Shown: in pieces, positions 1 through 14,637 of the stretch
How the letters are laid out: each line of letters begins with the position of its first letter
Numbering within the stretch: the stretch's first letter is position 1
Source: the human T2T-CHM13v2.0 reference genome, Homo sapiens
NCBI RefSeq assembly: GCF_009914755.1
Contig: NC_060941.1
Length of the DNA: 64,000 bases
Strand: one strand, 5' to 3'
Program-made: the position numbers and the translations under genes
Notes under the pieces: generated by a model
Seen by the model: only the letters and a program-made list of their open reading frames with translations
Database searches by the model: none
Told to the model about the DNA's origin: nothing

Positions 1-297
1 AGAGGGTGTGTTGGTGGCCAGCTCCAGTAGGACCAGAGTCCAGGAACTTTGCTTGGAATCCAGATGAGTCAGTCTCCTTGGAGGGAGGAGGATGAAGAGA
101 GAGGCCTTGGAGCACTGCCCAGGGTGGGCCAGGGCTGGGTGCAAGACCTGGGCAGACAGCTACAGTGGTTGGCAGGGATGTTGGCTTTCCCCAAAATGGA
201 GAGGCTTGGCCCTCTACAAAGAGCACCATTTATTCTGCATAGTGCAAGCAGCACTGGCTGCAGGCAACTGAAGACCTGGCTTCAAGCCTCGGCTGAC

Positions 298-372
298 CCA
301 GTGTGACCTTGAACAAACCATCCCAACCCTCTGAACTTTATTTCCTTTTCCATAAAATGGGGACAATGCCTT
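298..372 (+). mobile_element. MIR fragment
   Basis: MIR core-like gtgtgaccttgaacaa...cctctgaac...ccataaaatggggacaat. Confidence 0.65.
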
Positions 373-389
373 GTCTTTATTCTGCGTTG

Positions 390-770
390 ACTGTGTGTTT
401 TCTTGAGCACCTACTCCATGCCAGCTACTGGAAATAGAAAGACATCAAGATGGCAAGATGCCTGCCCTCAAAGACCAATCACTCTAGTAGGAGAGGTGGA
501 CACATAAATTGATCATTAAAGTCTGGCGGGATGAGTACAGTGAAAGAGGTATATTCAGGGCGAAGAAATAACACAGGGGAAACAGGGATTCTTTCTTTCT
601 AGGGAGATCATTGATGCTGATGTTCAAGTCTTGAAAGTTAACTGAGGAGTTTGATAAGCGAATGAGTGGAGAAGAGAAAATGGCATTGTAAGCAGCAGAC
701 ACTCTTGGTAGCAAAGTATGAGGAGCTCAAAAAAACTGGGATGTGTTTTGTAGAGATGGAGAATGGGGTA
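390..770 (-). mobile_element. L2 3' fragment
   Basis: ttgagcacctactccatgccag...cctgccctcaaag...ctctagtagg resembles the reverse complement of the L2 3' end. Confidence 0.55.
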
Positions 771-775
771 CCAGT

Positions 776-800
776 TGTGTGTGTGTGTGTGTGAGAGAGA
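776..800. repeat. (GT)n(GA)n microsatellite
   Basis: tgtgtgtgtgtgtgtgtgagagaga. Confidence 0.9.
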
Positions 801-802
801 GG

Positions 803-1042
803 CAGGGCCATGACTAGAGTGAAGCAAGTGAGGCCTTTGCCTAGTGCCCCAAATTTAAGTAGACAACAGAAGAACAACCTCAGTCATCAAGATAAATAAA
901 ATGTCCATGCAAGATTTTAAAAACTCAAAATTAATGCAAAAAAATTGATGGTGAAAACAGTGACAAAATTTTAAATAGAGGCAGGACTGGGCCACGTGCT
1001 TGCACAACTCACCTTAGTTGCCTCTCCCTAATCCTGGCTCTG
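803..1042 (+). mobile_element. MER96B-like hAT DNA transposon (MITE)
   Basis: Starts cagggccatgactagagtgaagcaagtgagg, ends ttgcctctccctaatcctggctctg (imperfect TIRs); internal ctcagtcatcaagataaata...caaaattaatgcaaaaa. Confidence 0.75.
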
Positions 1043-1634
1043 TCAGATCCTCCCACCCTTTATCCAGCCCAAACATGAAGGTTCAATAAACGTGGGTATT
1101 TCTGAGCAAGCCTTCAGTGTAACACAGCATCTGTTCTCTCTTTTCAAAGAGCATCTTCCTCTAGTCTATGGGGGACAGTGGGGGTAGAAGGAGGTCAGGG
1201 CTTGTTAGTTTTTCTGCTGATCGTCATGCTGTCCCCATTTGACACAGTGCTGCTGCTGCTGCTGTTATGGTGCCCTCAGAGGAGGGATAGTCCCGGGGCA
1301 GACCCCACTTCCCTTGACCTCTTTAATTCCCCTCAGCACACATACATTGCCAACAATAAGGCTGTCGTTTATATAGTGGATGTTACTGAAAGTATAGAGA
1401 TAAATAGAAAAGAAATAATGTAAGGAAAAGTGTTTCAAACTGAATATGAAATATGAAGGTTTCCAGAACTGAAGGGAATCAGGAAAAGAGAAAATAGGAT
1501 AAACTCTTCCAAGCTGAGCTTCCTTGCCTTAAGGGATTTTTCTTTCCTTCTTTCTTTAGACATAGACTCACCTCAATCCTTTTATCTCTGTTTCTCTTTA
1601 GGAAAAACATTTTGTTTTTCCTAAAAGTGTTTGA

Positions 1635-1926
<292 letters not shown>

Positions 1927-3482
1927 AAAAGTGTTTGAAACATGAAACAAAATGTTTGTTTTGTCTGGGAGCTGTTTTGCCACCCACCAGTGCAATTCAT
2001 GGGATACAATAATCTCTGAACTAGAATCCGACCACCTGAGTGACACATCCTGCAGTAACACTGTAGGGGTCTTCTGTGGGGAAAGCCAGGGTAGGCACTG
2101 GTGCTGCAGGTTTAGTCTCTTTCAAAGTCTTGGCACCAGTGAGACTTTAGACTTGGACAGAATACATATAACTTCCATGGATATCATACAGTTCTCAAAG
2201 ATAGTGGAACCTAAACTCATATTCAGAGTAAGAAATATTTTCTTAAAATGACATATTGATCAAGAGTTTCCCAGTCCCTAATACAGAAATATAGGCAGAG
2301 AAATTTCTATTTTTCTTTTTTACGAATTCTTCTGCTTATAGAACATGTCCACCAGACCTAAGAAATGGGAGCTGTTCCATTACCTTCACAAACAGTCATG
2401 CACTCTTTATGTCCATCCTAGCTACATGAAGCCTAGGTAGAAGCTTTGAAATTCCACTTTTTCTCCACTTTAGCTAATAAAATTCTTAATCATGCCTGTC
2501 AGCACTCTGGAAGTAGAAGGAGGGTACAGAATCAAGGTTTGTTTGCCTCAATCCAGAGCACGTCTTCAAAAGTAAGGAAAGAGAGGGCTTCTTCCATAAA
2601 TTATATCAGGCACAGAATTCCTCTGCCACGAATTCTAGGCTTGTCATAGGCTTTACTGAGTTTTCTCCCTTAAGTAAAAAAATAGGTGGGAACAAATGGT
2701 AAAACTGAAATGTTATAACTCTAAGGCCACTGCAGCTTGAGCCATGTGCAGTCAGTGATAGGGAGAGAAAAAAGCTTGTATTCTAACAGGCAGTCCAATG
2801 ATTGGTCCAGGAGATCTTACTACTTCTAAATCTACATACCAAATCCAGTGGTTTAAACTATATATTGAGGGGATATAGGAAAGTCTCCTTACAAGATGAG
2901 TGCAATTCATGCAATACTGAGTATGTGATGATTAAATAATGCCATCTCAAACTTCACTTCCAGGAATGAAGAACAAGGTAACTTAGACTAATCTCCCAAA
3001 CTATGTACCATGAGATAAGTTGGATAAAGCAGTCTTAAAATCACTCTAAGGCAGGAGAGTATTAACAAGGTACTGAAGAATTATTGGGCCAAGATCTAGG
3101 AGAGTTTGGCAACCCAGAGAGATGAGCCTGGATTTCAGGACTGCTTTTCCTCTGGGAGCTTTTGGCAATTCTAGAAGAGACACTGAGAAGCTGAAAGGCT
3201 GAACAGTACCTTCTGCAGACTCCCAGCAGTAAGAGAATAAAGTTGTTGTCCATTGTCTTCCAAGGTTGAATGGCACCTGGTAAGACTTCTGCACTTAGAA
3301 AGATCTATGGCAAAGACTACAGTCCAGGTTTCAGTAATCTCAATGGAAATGGGATTAAGGCAATGCCATATTGCTAATGTTCCCTATAGAAGCAAAAGAA
3401 AATTCTTTCTAGAAGATAGTCATCATCTTAGTTCACAAATTATTCCCAAAAATCATTTTTCAAATACAAAGCCTAGCTCACA

Positions 3483-3519
3483 GTCATCATCATCATTATG
3501 ATCATCACCATCATCATCA
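3483..3519. repeat. Imperfect (TCA)n trinucleotide repeat
   Basis: gtcatcatcatcattatgatcatcaccatcatcatca. Confidence 0.8.
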
Positions 3520-3898
3520 AATAAAAAAAAAGACAAGAAAACATGAATGAGAACTAGTGAGGTAAAGATAATAGAAACAGATCTACAGGGACTCCAGATA
3601 CTGAAGTTATTAGACACAGACTTTAAAATAACTATGCTTACTATGATCATGAAGAAGAAGATAAGAGAGAATTTTTGGCAAGTAACTCTAAAATACTTTT
3701 TTTAAAAAAGAGAGAAGATAGCATATTTTAAAAGAAACCAAAAAGAAAACATAGAACTAAAATACATAATAACAAAAATTAGAACTCAATGAATAGATTT
3801 TTGTATAAAATTAGACAAAACTGAAGAGAGAATTGGTGAAATGGAAGGTAGGTCAAACATAATCACAATGAAGGAGAGAGAAAGAGAAGGAAAGACTA

Positions 3899-4231
<333 letters not shown>

Positions 4232-4701
4232 TTAAATAAAAACATTTCAGATGAACAAAAACTAAGTATTCATCACAAGCACACTTACACTAAAGGAAAT
4301 ACTGAAGTGTATTTCAGACAGAGGAAAAGTTTTCTCAGATAAAAAGTAGGAAATGCAAGAAAGAATGAAGACCAAAAACATGAAAATATGTGGATAAATC
4401 TAAATGGATTGTCTAAAACAGTAATAATAAAGAGATAGATAAATAGCCCCCTGTTGAGAAAAATTGTTCCAGAGTAACCAGTAGAGAAAGAGCAAAAGAG
4501 TGTGTAACTTGCAAGTTACTAGATAAATAAAATAGGATGATAAAATATACTTAATCCAAATGAACCCTCACTGTCTCAAAAGGAAAAAAATAAAGACAAT
4601 AGGACAGTGAAACAATAGGCAGTTCTGAGTAAAATCATACATGTCAACCCAAATGCTTCAGTAATTGCATCAAATATAAATGGATTAAATGTGCCAATTA
4701 A

Positions 4702-5033
<332 letters not shown>

Positions 5034-8000
5034 ACCAACTTAGACTATTTTTTAATAACACCTAACTATTTGACTTTCCCCAGAGATTCATATGAAATAT
5101 AAGGATATAAAAAGGTTCAAAGTAAAAGCATGGAACAAGGTTTACCATGTAAACATAAAACAAAAGAAGGCCTGTATAACTATATTCGATCAGACAATGT
5201 AGATTTTAAGGGAAAAAATAATTGCTAATGACAAGAAAGTTTAAAATGCGAAAAGTTAAAATTCATAAGCAAGTCAGATAGTAGTTCTGAATTGTATGCA
5301 GCAAACAAGACCACTTTAAAATATATAAAGCAACAATTTTCAGAAGTGTAAGGAGAATGAATAAGTCCACAGTCGTAGAGAAATATTTTAATACAGTTCT
5401 TAAGTTACTAATAAAACAGACAAACAATCAGTAAGAATATAGTAGATTGGAATAACATAATTGGCAAACTTGACTTAATTGATATATATAGAATGCTGGA
5501 ATCAACAACTCCAAATACACATTCTTTTTAAGCATTCCTTAAAAACATGATCTATAAATGAATATATGCTGGATCATAAAGCAAGTATCAATAAATTTCA
5601 AATATTGAAATCATACTTAATAAATTCTCTGAACACAATGCAATTAAGCTAGAAATCAGTAATCAAACAATAAGTAGAAAATTCCCATATGTTTATTAAG
5701 TGATATACTTCTAAAACATACACATGTAAAAGAATAAATCATAATGGAAATTAGAAAATATTTTTAACTGAATAATGATGAAATGTGGCACATCAAAATT
5801 TGTGGGATACAGCTAAAGTAATGCTTAGAGTAAGCTACATATCCTTAGTTTCATACATTAGACTAAAAAAAAAAAGCCTGAAGCTCAGCAACCTAAGTAC
5901 CAAACTTGAGAAGTTAGAAAAAAAGAACAGTAAATTAACCTCCCTCCCCCACAAAGTAGAAGGTAATAAGAAATAAAGCTAATAGCAGAAATTAATAGAA
6001 TAGAAAACAAACAAAAATATAGAAATTAAATAATGCCAAAAGCTGATTCTTTAAAATAATTAATAAAACTGATAATTCCCTCATAAGGTTAATCAAATAA
6101 AAAGGAAAGAAGACACAAATAACCATTATCAAGAATTAAGTTTAAAAGGAGACATTACTGCGATTCTTAAAGGCATGAAAATGATAACAAAAGAAGATAT
6201 TATAAATAACTTTACACTAATACGTTTGAAAATTTAAATGTAATAAATATTTAGGAAAGTTTAGTTTACCAAAACTGACACTAGAAGAATTGAAAAATGT
6301 GAATAATTCTAAATCTAATAGAAACAATAAATCTGTGATTATAAAGTTTTCCAACATTGAAAGATTCAGGTCCAGACGGCTTCACCAGTAAATTATTTCA
6401 AACACTTAAGAAAAAAACAACACCAATTTTGTATGGACTCTTCGAGAAAATAAAAAAAGATGAAAAGTTTTTCAGTTCAATTTATGAAGACAGTGTAACG
6501 TTGACATCAAAATCTGATGAGGCATTTATAAGAAAGGAAAATTACAGGCTGATGTATCATATAAATAAAGACACAAATTCTGAACACAAGATTGGAAAAC
6601 CAAATCCTGAGATACTAAAAAAAGATAATATATTATAACCAAGTTGAGTTTATTGCAGTAATTCTGGGTAGACTTTTATTTCAGTAATAAATTCAACTTT
6701 GCTTAACACTAGAAAATTAACCACTGCAATTCACCATACTAGCAAAATAAATAAGCAAAATTGTATTATCTCTATAAATGTGGAAAATTTGCTTTATAAA
6801 ATTTTACAACCATTTATGATCAAAAATAAAAGCCTTTATAAATTAGGAATAGAAGAGAACTTTCTTAACCTGATAAAGGGTATTTACCCAAAACAACTTA
6901 CTACAAACATTATATTTATACAGTCTCCCCTTGAGATCAGGAAAGACACGTGGTTGCTCACTACAACCACTTCTATTTAGCATTATACTGAAAGACCTAG
7001 CCAGTGCAGTAAGGCAAGGAAAAGAAATAAAGGTATAAGAAATATTATTCACGAACAGCACAATTGTGCTTGTAGAAAATGTAAAAGAATCTCTGATCAA
7101 CTGAAATAAATAAGAGATTTAGAAAATTATTTGAATATAAATTTAATATTAAAAATCTAATATATTTCTATATACCAGCAACAATTAGAAAATGAAATTT
7201 TATTTTTACATACATACAAAGCCATTAAACATATAGGTAAGCTGGAAACTAGTTAAGCTATTCAGGACCACTATTAGAAAATTTACAAAAGATTATTGAG
7301 GAAAATTGAAGATAATTTTAAAAAATAGATAATTGTATCATATTCATATATTGAAAGATGTTAATTCTCCCTAAACTGATCTGTAGATTCAATGCAATCC
7401 CAATCAAAATCTCAATAGATATTTTATGCGTGCATATATTAACAAGTTGATCCTAAAATTTATACTGAAATGCATATAGCCACGAATAGCCAAGAAAATA
7501 TTGAGAAAGAATGATAAAATACAAGTACCAGCTCTACCTGATATGAAGACATTAATTGCTATATTTAAGACATTGTGGTAATGGTGACATGTTAGATAAA
7601 TGAGCCAAAATAATAAAATGGAGAATTCAGAAACCTACCAATACATATATAAAAACTTGATATATTATAAAGTTGGCACTACTGGACAATGAAAAAAGCA
7701 GAAAACATCTTTACAATAAATAGTACTGGGTCAATTGGATATGCATATAGAATAAAATTAATACTGATTCTTTTTTATATCATCTATGAAAATCAATTCT
7801 GTGTAGATTTTAGATGTAAATAGTAAAGCTACAATGCAGAAAAACATCTTCACGATCTCAGAGTAAGCAAAGATTTCCTAAACAGAATTCAGAAAGCACT
7901 TACCATAAAGTAAAAGTTTAGCAAATTGGACTACATCAAAATTAGTAACATCCTTCCCCCCCCGCCACAGACACCATCATAAAGCGAGAAGGCAAGCCAC

Positions 8001-9341
8001 ATGATGGGAGAAGATATTTGCAGTAAATATAACAACAAAGAACTCAATGTAAAATATATAAAGAACTCTTACAAATCAATAAGAAAAAGCCAGAAGTCCC
8101 AGTAGAAACATGGTCAAAAGATATTAGTGGGTAGTTTACACATTGGATATTCAAATGTCCTCTAAACAAGAAAAGGTGATTAATTTCATTAGTCATCAAG
8201 AAAGGCACATTATAACCGCAATGACTTACCTCTATATACCCATCACAATGGCTAATATTTAAAAAGCAAAAACCACTAGTACTAATAATTGGTAAGGATG
8301 TGAAGTAACTAGACCTCTCATGCGTAGCTTATGGAAGTGTAAATTATTACAATCACTCAGGAAAACTATCTGGCATTCTTTACTGAGGTTGAAGATAGGC
8401 TTATCCTGTGAGCAATTTTACTCTTAAGTATATGCCTAACAGAAATATATGTACCTGTGTACCACAAGGCTGACACACAAGTGTCCCTAGCAACATCATT
8501 CATGTTGGCCAAAAATTGGAGACAAACCACATGTCTATCAACAGCAGAATGAATAATAAATTGTGGAATATTCACATAATGGAATGCTATCTGGCAATGA
8601 AATTGAACGAACCAAAGTAACACAACAGAGTGGATCCGTCTCACGATGCTGCACAAAAGACATCAAATGCAAGAAGATGCGTTCCTTTGTGTCCTGTATG
8701 ATTCAATTTATATACAACTCAAAAAAGCAGGCAAACTGCTATAGTGTTTAGGAATGCACACTTAGGTGATATAGCTATAAATAAAATAAGGAAGAGGTTA
8801 TAAAATTTACTCGTGGTGGAGAGGGAAAGATTAGTAATAGGGAGGGGATATGAGGGGATATGAGGGATCAGTGACGGGGAGGGGATATTAGAGTGTGTTT
8901 TTTTGTTCTGGCTACATGGGTATTCAAAATAAATCTGTAGTAATATACTGAGCCATACATTTTTGCTTTGTACACTTTTCTGTATGGATGTTGTCAATCT
9001 TGGGTTTATGTTCAGCAGCTCCTGCTGAACCTCTGTGGAAGAGCGATGGGTGCAAATACTATGGAACAGGAAGCAATATATGAGTCCATTCTTATGCCCC
9101 ATGAGGGATCCACTCTCAGCCTCTCCAAGGAGGAAGTGACTCTTTTCACCAAACAAGGCTTGAAACCCTGGCCCATCTCCAGACCTCGGAAGAAAACGGA
9201 CTCTTCCAGTCAACAAAACCATCATCATTTGCTTCAGTGGCTACCCCTAAGGAGGAGAGGGGAATGAGGAACCCGGGCTGGGGAGACTGACTTTCCTGGT
9301 GGTTTCTTACTATAAGCATATATTACAGTCATTGAAAAAAA

Positions 9342-9849
<508 letters not shown>

Positions 9850-11063
9850 TCAGATAGATAGGTGGATAGGTAGATAGCCAAGTTCAAAAAGGAAGTCACA
9901 GAATGATATACAATTATGTATATATAGGATAATCTGATGATTTAGCAATAAAAATTATATATATATATAAGTATTACAAATTTTGAAACTCATGTCCAGG
10001 TGTTCAAAATAATTGACTACTTTGAAATACAACTTAGTGGTAGGAAATAGAGTCATAGTCGATTCTAAGGAAACTCACTCCATAAGATTTTTTCCTCTTT
10101 TTATTCCCCCAGGTGGCCTCTGATCTTGGAAGGAAGAGTGCTCAGACAGTGTCCTGCTGCTAGAAGAAGGGTCTCGTCTGGGGGCTGTGTCTGTCCACGC
10201 CAGATTCCCTGTTGATGGATGCTCCAGTCTGGCCCCCAGGAGAGGCTCACACCACACCTGCTTCACTGGAGGGATCTCCACTGCTCTCTCCCTACCTCCC
10301 AGGTCTCCTGAGCCTCCCTTCTAGCTACTGCAGCGGTCCTTTTATTCACAACAGCAGAGGCGTGTGAGGTTGGCTCTCCCTCAAGCTCTCCTCTAGGACC
10401 ATGGGACACCCAGTGGCACTGCCTCAGGTCCTCTCTGGCCCTGGCAGACCTTGTGGCTGGCTCTATTGTTTCCACACCATGGAGACCGAGAGCTCCTCAG
10501 TGGCAGCCACTTCCCAGCCAGGGACCCAGGGGCACAGTTCCACTGTGTTGGTGGATTTCCAGACATTTCCAAGGGAGGGTTCTTTTGCCACCTTCTCGCT
10601 CTTGCAGCTTGCTGGGAGTGAGAGCAGCACGTGAGTAGGGGTCTGTGTAGGGTTCACATCCACCAGCCCCTGACTCTCTGACTCCTCCTATTCCTCTGTC
10701 CAGACAGTGCATGCCCCAGGCTGGTGGGGAAAAACTCCTCAGCAAGGAAGTTGGTCTCCTGGACTCTGGTTTTTTAATACATAAATGCGAAAATATTTTG
10801 ATGCCTTTGTTCTCTGCATTTGTGGTCACAACTCTCCCTCAGGGCAACAAGAGGTAGGAAGAAAACGTGAAGAAGAAAGAAATCGACATTTGTCCCTATT
10901 ATGTGATATCATCCTGCCACCTGTGTGTGGCTGTGGCTGTTGGGGGGAAGATCTGGAAGGAAGCCCAGTGACCCACTCTTGGGGGTTATTATAAGAACAG
11001 AAGTGAGCTGGAGCAAGGTGCAGGCAGGGAGAGAGAGAGAGACTTCATTTTTTATCTTATATG

Positions 11064-11140
11064 TTAGGTTGGTGCTAAAGTAATTGCGGCTTTGCAATTA
11101 CTTTTAATGGCAAAACCGCAATTGCTTTTCACCAATCTAA
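11064..11140. mobile_element. MADE1 (Hsmar1-derived palindromic MITE)
   Basis: ttaggttggtgctaaagtaattgcggc...ttactttta atggcaaaaccgcaattgcttttcaccaatctaa matches the MADE1 consensus TTAGGTTGGTGCAAAAGTAATTGCGG...CCGCAATTACTTTTGCACCAACCTAA. Confidence 0.92.
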
Positions 11141-11560
11141 TACTTCTGCAATGTCTGAAATGTTTGAAATGTTTACAGTAAGTCTATAATCACACATTCT
11201 TGCAGTAATTTTGAAATTACAGTTTTTTTGTTTTAAAAGGAAACAAAATTGATAGTACTCAGAGGCTTCTGTGGCTGAATGCAGAAGCACAGGTTAAACT
11301 TAGAGGTGGAGGCTCTGAAGGGCATTTTGGAAATATTAATATTTCTCAACAGAGAAATGGATGTTTTCATTCCCATCAGCGTAGTAGTCCCCTTTTTGGA
11401 AATTTGTCGTAAGAACTGATCAAAGATGCATAATTAATATACAAAATTTTCATAGTAACATTTATAATGGCCAAAAATTAGGTGCAATAATAGGGAATTC
11501 GGGTGAGCTGTGGTGTAACCATGTTATGAGCTACTACATGGTCATTAAAATGGTGATATG

Positions 11561-11872
11561 GGCCAGACACTGTGGTTCATGCCTGTAATCCCAGCACTTT
11601 GGGAGGCCAGGGCGGGTAGTTCACTTGAGGTCAGCAGTTCTGGGTATCCAGCCTGGGCATCACAGAGAAATCCCATCTCTACTAAAAATACAAAAATTCA
11701 CCGGATGTGGTGGTCAGTGCATGTAGTCCCAGCTACTCAGGAGGCTAAGGCATGAGCATCACTTCAACCTGGGAAGTGGAGGTTGCAGTGAGCCAAGATG
11801 GTGCCACTGCACTCCAGCCTGGGCAACAGAGTGAGACTCTGTCTCAAAAAAACAAACACACACAAAAGAGAA
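11561..11872 (+). mobile_element. Alu (S/J) inserted in an old L1 3' fragment
   Basis: Dimer; TSD TAAAATGGTGATATG at 11546-11560 and 11873-11887. Confidence 0.93.
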
Positions 11873-11983
11873 TAAAATGGTGATATGGAAGAAATGTTAA
11901 GTGAATAAAGTAGGGTGCAAATTGCATATGATTCAGATTGATTGATGGGTGGATTAATAGATGAATGCATAAATAGATAGGTG

Positions 11984-12697
11984 TGTATCAGTCAGCATTC
12001 TCCAGAGAAACAGAACCAATAGGAAATATATGTATGTATGTACATATAAAGGAATTGATATTGCAGTCTTGCAGCAGAATTTCTTCTTTTCTGGGAAACC
12101 TCAGTTATGTTCTTAAGGCCTTTCAACTGTTTGGATAAAGGCTGTATTAGTCCATTCTTGCATTGCTATAAAGAAATACCTGAGACTGGGTAATTTGTAA
12201 AGACAAGAGGTTTAATTGGCTCACAGTTCTGCCGGCTGTACAGGAAGCATGATGCTGGCCATCTGCTTGGCTTCTGGGGAGGCCTCAGAAACTTACAATC
12301 ATGATGGAAGGTGATGGGGAAACAGGCTCATCCAAGGCCACAGCAGGAGGAAGAGAATGAAGGAGGCTGGGAGTAGGGTGGCACACACTTTTAAACCACC
12401 AGATCTCATGAGAACTCTTATCATGAAACAGCACTAGGAGGATGGTGTTAAAACATTGGAAACTGCCCCCATGATCCAATTACCCCCCATCAGGCCCCAC
12501 CTTCAACACTGGGAATTACAATTCGACATGAGATTTAGGTGGAGACACAGATCCAAACCATGTCAGGGGCCAGCCAGATTATGGAGGAGAATCTTTTCTA
12601 TCCAAAGTCAACTGATTGCTGATGTTAACCACAGCTGCAAAATACCTTCCCTGCAACATCCAGATCAGTGTTTGATTCAATAATTGGATACTACAGT
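11984..12697 (-). mobile_element. MLT2-family (ERVL) solo LTR, split by MSTA
   Basis: tgtatcagtcagcattctccagagaaacagaaccaatagg (reverse complement of the MLT2 3' end); resumes at aaagtcaactgatt...gttaaccacagctgcaaaatacc after 12565. Confidence 0.8.
12143..12565 (-). mobile_element. MSTA-like MaLR solo LTR
   Basis: tgtattagtccattcttgcattgctataaagaaatacctgagactggg...gctgtacaggaagcatgatgctgg...atccaaaccatgtca. Confidence 0.88.
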
Positions 12698-13562
12698 GTC
12701 TTAAAATGCAGGTTTTATTATTATTCAGGTATGGTATTCAGATCAGGAGGCGACTGCCATTGAACCAATGGTTATGCTCACACATCTCATGAGGAGGGGT
12801 GCACCATGCCACAGTGGGGACCATGGGAAGGCACACATGGGAGCACCAGGATCTGTCAGGAAGCAGAGAGAGTGAGGGGAAAATGCAGACAAGAGACTTT
12901 TTTGTGGTTTCTGCAGGAAGGAATGGGTGAGTCAGGGTAGGCAGGCTTAGGATTGACTCACCTAAATAATTTCACTGGGCTCTGGGGCATGGGGGCTGTC
13001 CCTAGTTGCTGACAGCTGGCTCTGGAGTGACTGGAGAAGGGCAGTAGTAAGTAGCCCTGAGTGTAAGAGCCCAGTTTTATTCGTCCATTGTCACGCTGCT
13101 GTGGAGAAATACCAGAGACTGGGTAATTTATAAAGAAGAGGTTTAATTGATTCACTGTTCTGGATGGTTGGGGAGACCTCGAGAAACTTACAATCATGGC
13201 GGAAGGCACCTCTTCACAAGGTGACAGGAGAATGAGCTGAGCAAAGGGGGAAAAACCTCTTATAAAATCATCACCCCCATGATTCAATTACCTCCCACCA
13301 GGTCCCTCCCATAACACATGGGGATTATGGGAACTACAATTGAAGATGAGATTTGGGTGGGAACACAGCCCAACCATATTATCAATAAAGGAGGTGCTTG
13401 GGGTGTGGGCTCTAGATTCGTTGGTTTGCCTGTGCAAGGCACTCTAAGTGAATCTCTTGCTATCTCTAGAAATTGACTAAACTTGGAAGAGCCCGTGCCT
13501 CCAGGGTTAGCAAGTCCTCAAGATGTTAAAGCATTAGAGTAAAGAAAAGGCGTGATTAATTA
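12698..13562 (-). mobile_element. ERVL-class solo LTR (MER76-like, tentative), split by THE1
   Basis: aggattgactcacctaaataatttcactgggctctggggcatgggggctgtccctagttg resembles the MER76 family; subfamily and strand uncertain. Confidence 0.5.
13075..13384 (-). mobile_element. THE1C-like MaLR solo LTR
   Basis: gagactgggtaatttataaag...atcatggcggaaggcacctcttcacaagg...gagatttgggtgggaacacagcccaaccatat. Confidence 0.85.
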
Positions 13563-14031
13563 AACTAAGCATGATAATAGGCAATTAGAAAAATGACTAG
13601 AAAGCGTAAACAGAATTGTTAACAATGGTTATCTCTCAGTGAGCAGTGAGATTGTGTTGTGGAGTATTTTCTTTTCTTTTCTGTCATTTCTACATTTTTT
13701 GTATAATCATGAATTGCTTTTCTGATGGGCATGGAGGAGGAACTAGAATAAATCATCATTTTTGGTGTTCAGAGGGACAAAACCATTAAATAGCTAAGCA
13801 GCTGCCCTCTAGAGTTCTGCTCCTGTCTGGGCTGGTGGCAGGTGACACAGGTAACACTATGTCCCTGTCCAGCCCTCACTGTCTTCTCTGTCCCCAAGGG
13901 CCAGGCTGACCCAAGGATAGCAATACCTTCTCCTTCCTTGCCCGGGCACTCTGAGAAAAAGGGACTCCCTTAGAGGACACTGGGGTGTTTCTTCTGAGGA
14001 GCCTGTAAGGAAACCTGGGCTTTCGCAGGGC

Positions 14032-14258
14032 TGTGTGTAAGCGCGACTGTGTGAGTGCCTGTACATGAGTGTGTGAGTGTGTACAGCTGTGTAGGTATGT
14101 GTATATGAGTGTGTGACCAGACATCACAGTGTGTAAGTGTGTGTCAGAAAATATGTATATGTATGAGTGCACACGTGTGTGTGCATTTGTTAGTATGTGT
14201 GTACATGAGTGTGTGTGCATACATGTATGTAAGTGGGAGTGACTATGTGTGTGGGTGT
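14032..14258. repeat. TG-rich low-complexity tract
   Basis: Degenerate (TG/TA)n such as gtgtgagtgtgtacagctgtgtaggtatgt; source of His/Thr-rich pseudo-ORFs. Confidence 0.85.
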
Positions 14259-14494
14259 TTTGGGGTCAGCAGGCAGGGGGAGAAGGGTGGAAGGCAGGAG
14301 GAGGCACAGACACCTGCACTCCAGTGTCCTGGATGAACTACGGTCACAGAACCCAAGAGCCACGGAAGGAGACCAGTCTCAGCGCCCTGCTCTGTCCAGG
14401 TTATACCCATGAATTTTCAGGTGCATAACCCCCAGCCAGGAGGTCTGCATGGCTGGCCAAAGAGGCAGGTCTCCACTGTCACTGAGGCCCTCAT

Positions 14495-14637
14495 TACTTC
14501 TCAACCAGGAGAGAGGGACCAGCCCCCTCAGGGGACATTTGGAACTGTAGGGGGACATTTCTTGATTGTCACATGTCTAGGGAGGACTCTGATTTAGTAG
14601 AAAGAGGCCAAGAATGCTAAATGCCCCTCATAGTGCA
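14495..14637 (+). mobile_element. MER20-like hAT fragment
   Basis: ttctcaaccagg...ccctcaggggacatttgg...gacatttcttgattgtcac...agaggccaagaatgctaaa. Confidence 0.6.

Noticed and set aside
5785-6980. Reverse-transcriptase-like peptides
   Set aside because: Fragments of dead L1 ORF2 with many stops; not an active or domesticated gene.
8719-9267. 169-aa (-) and 99-aa (+) ORFs
   Set aside because: They straddle the L1 3' end and flank; no coding features.
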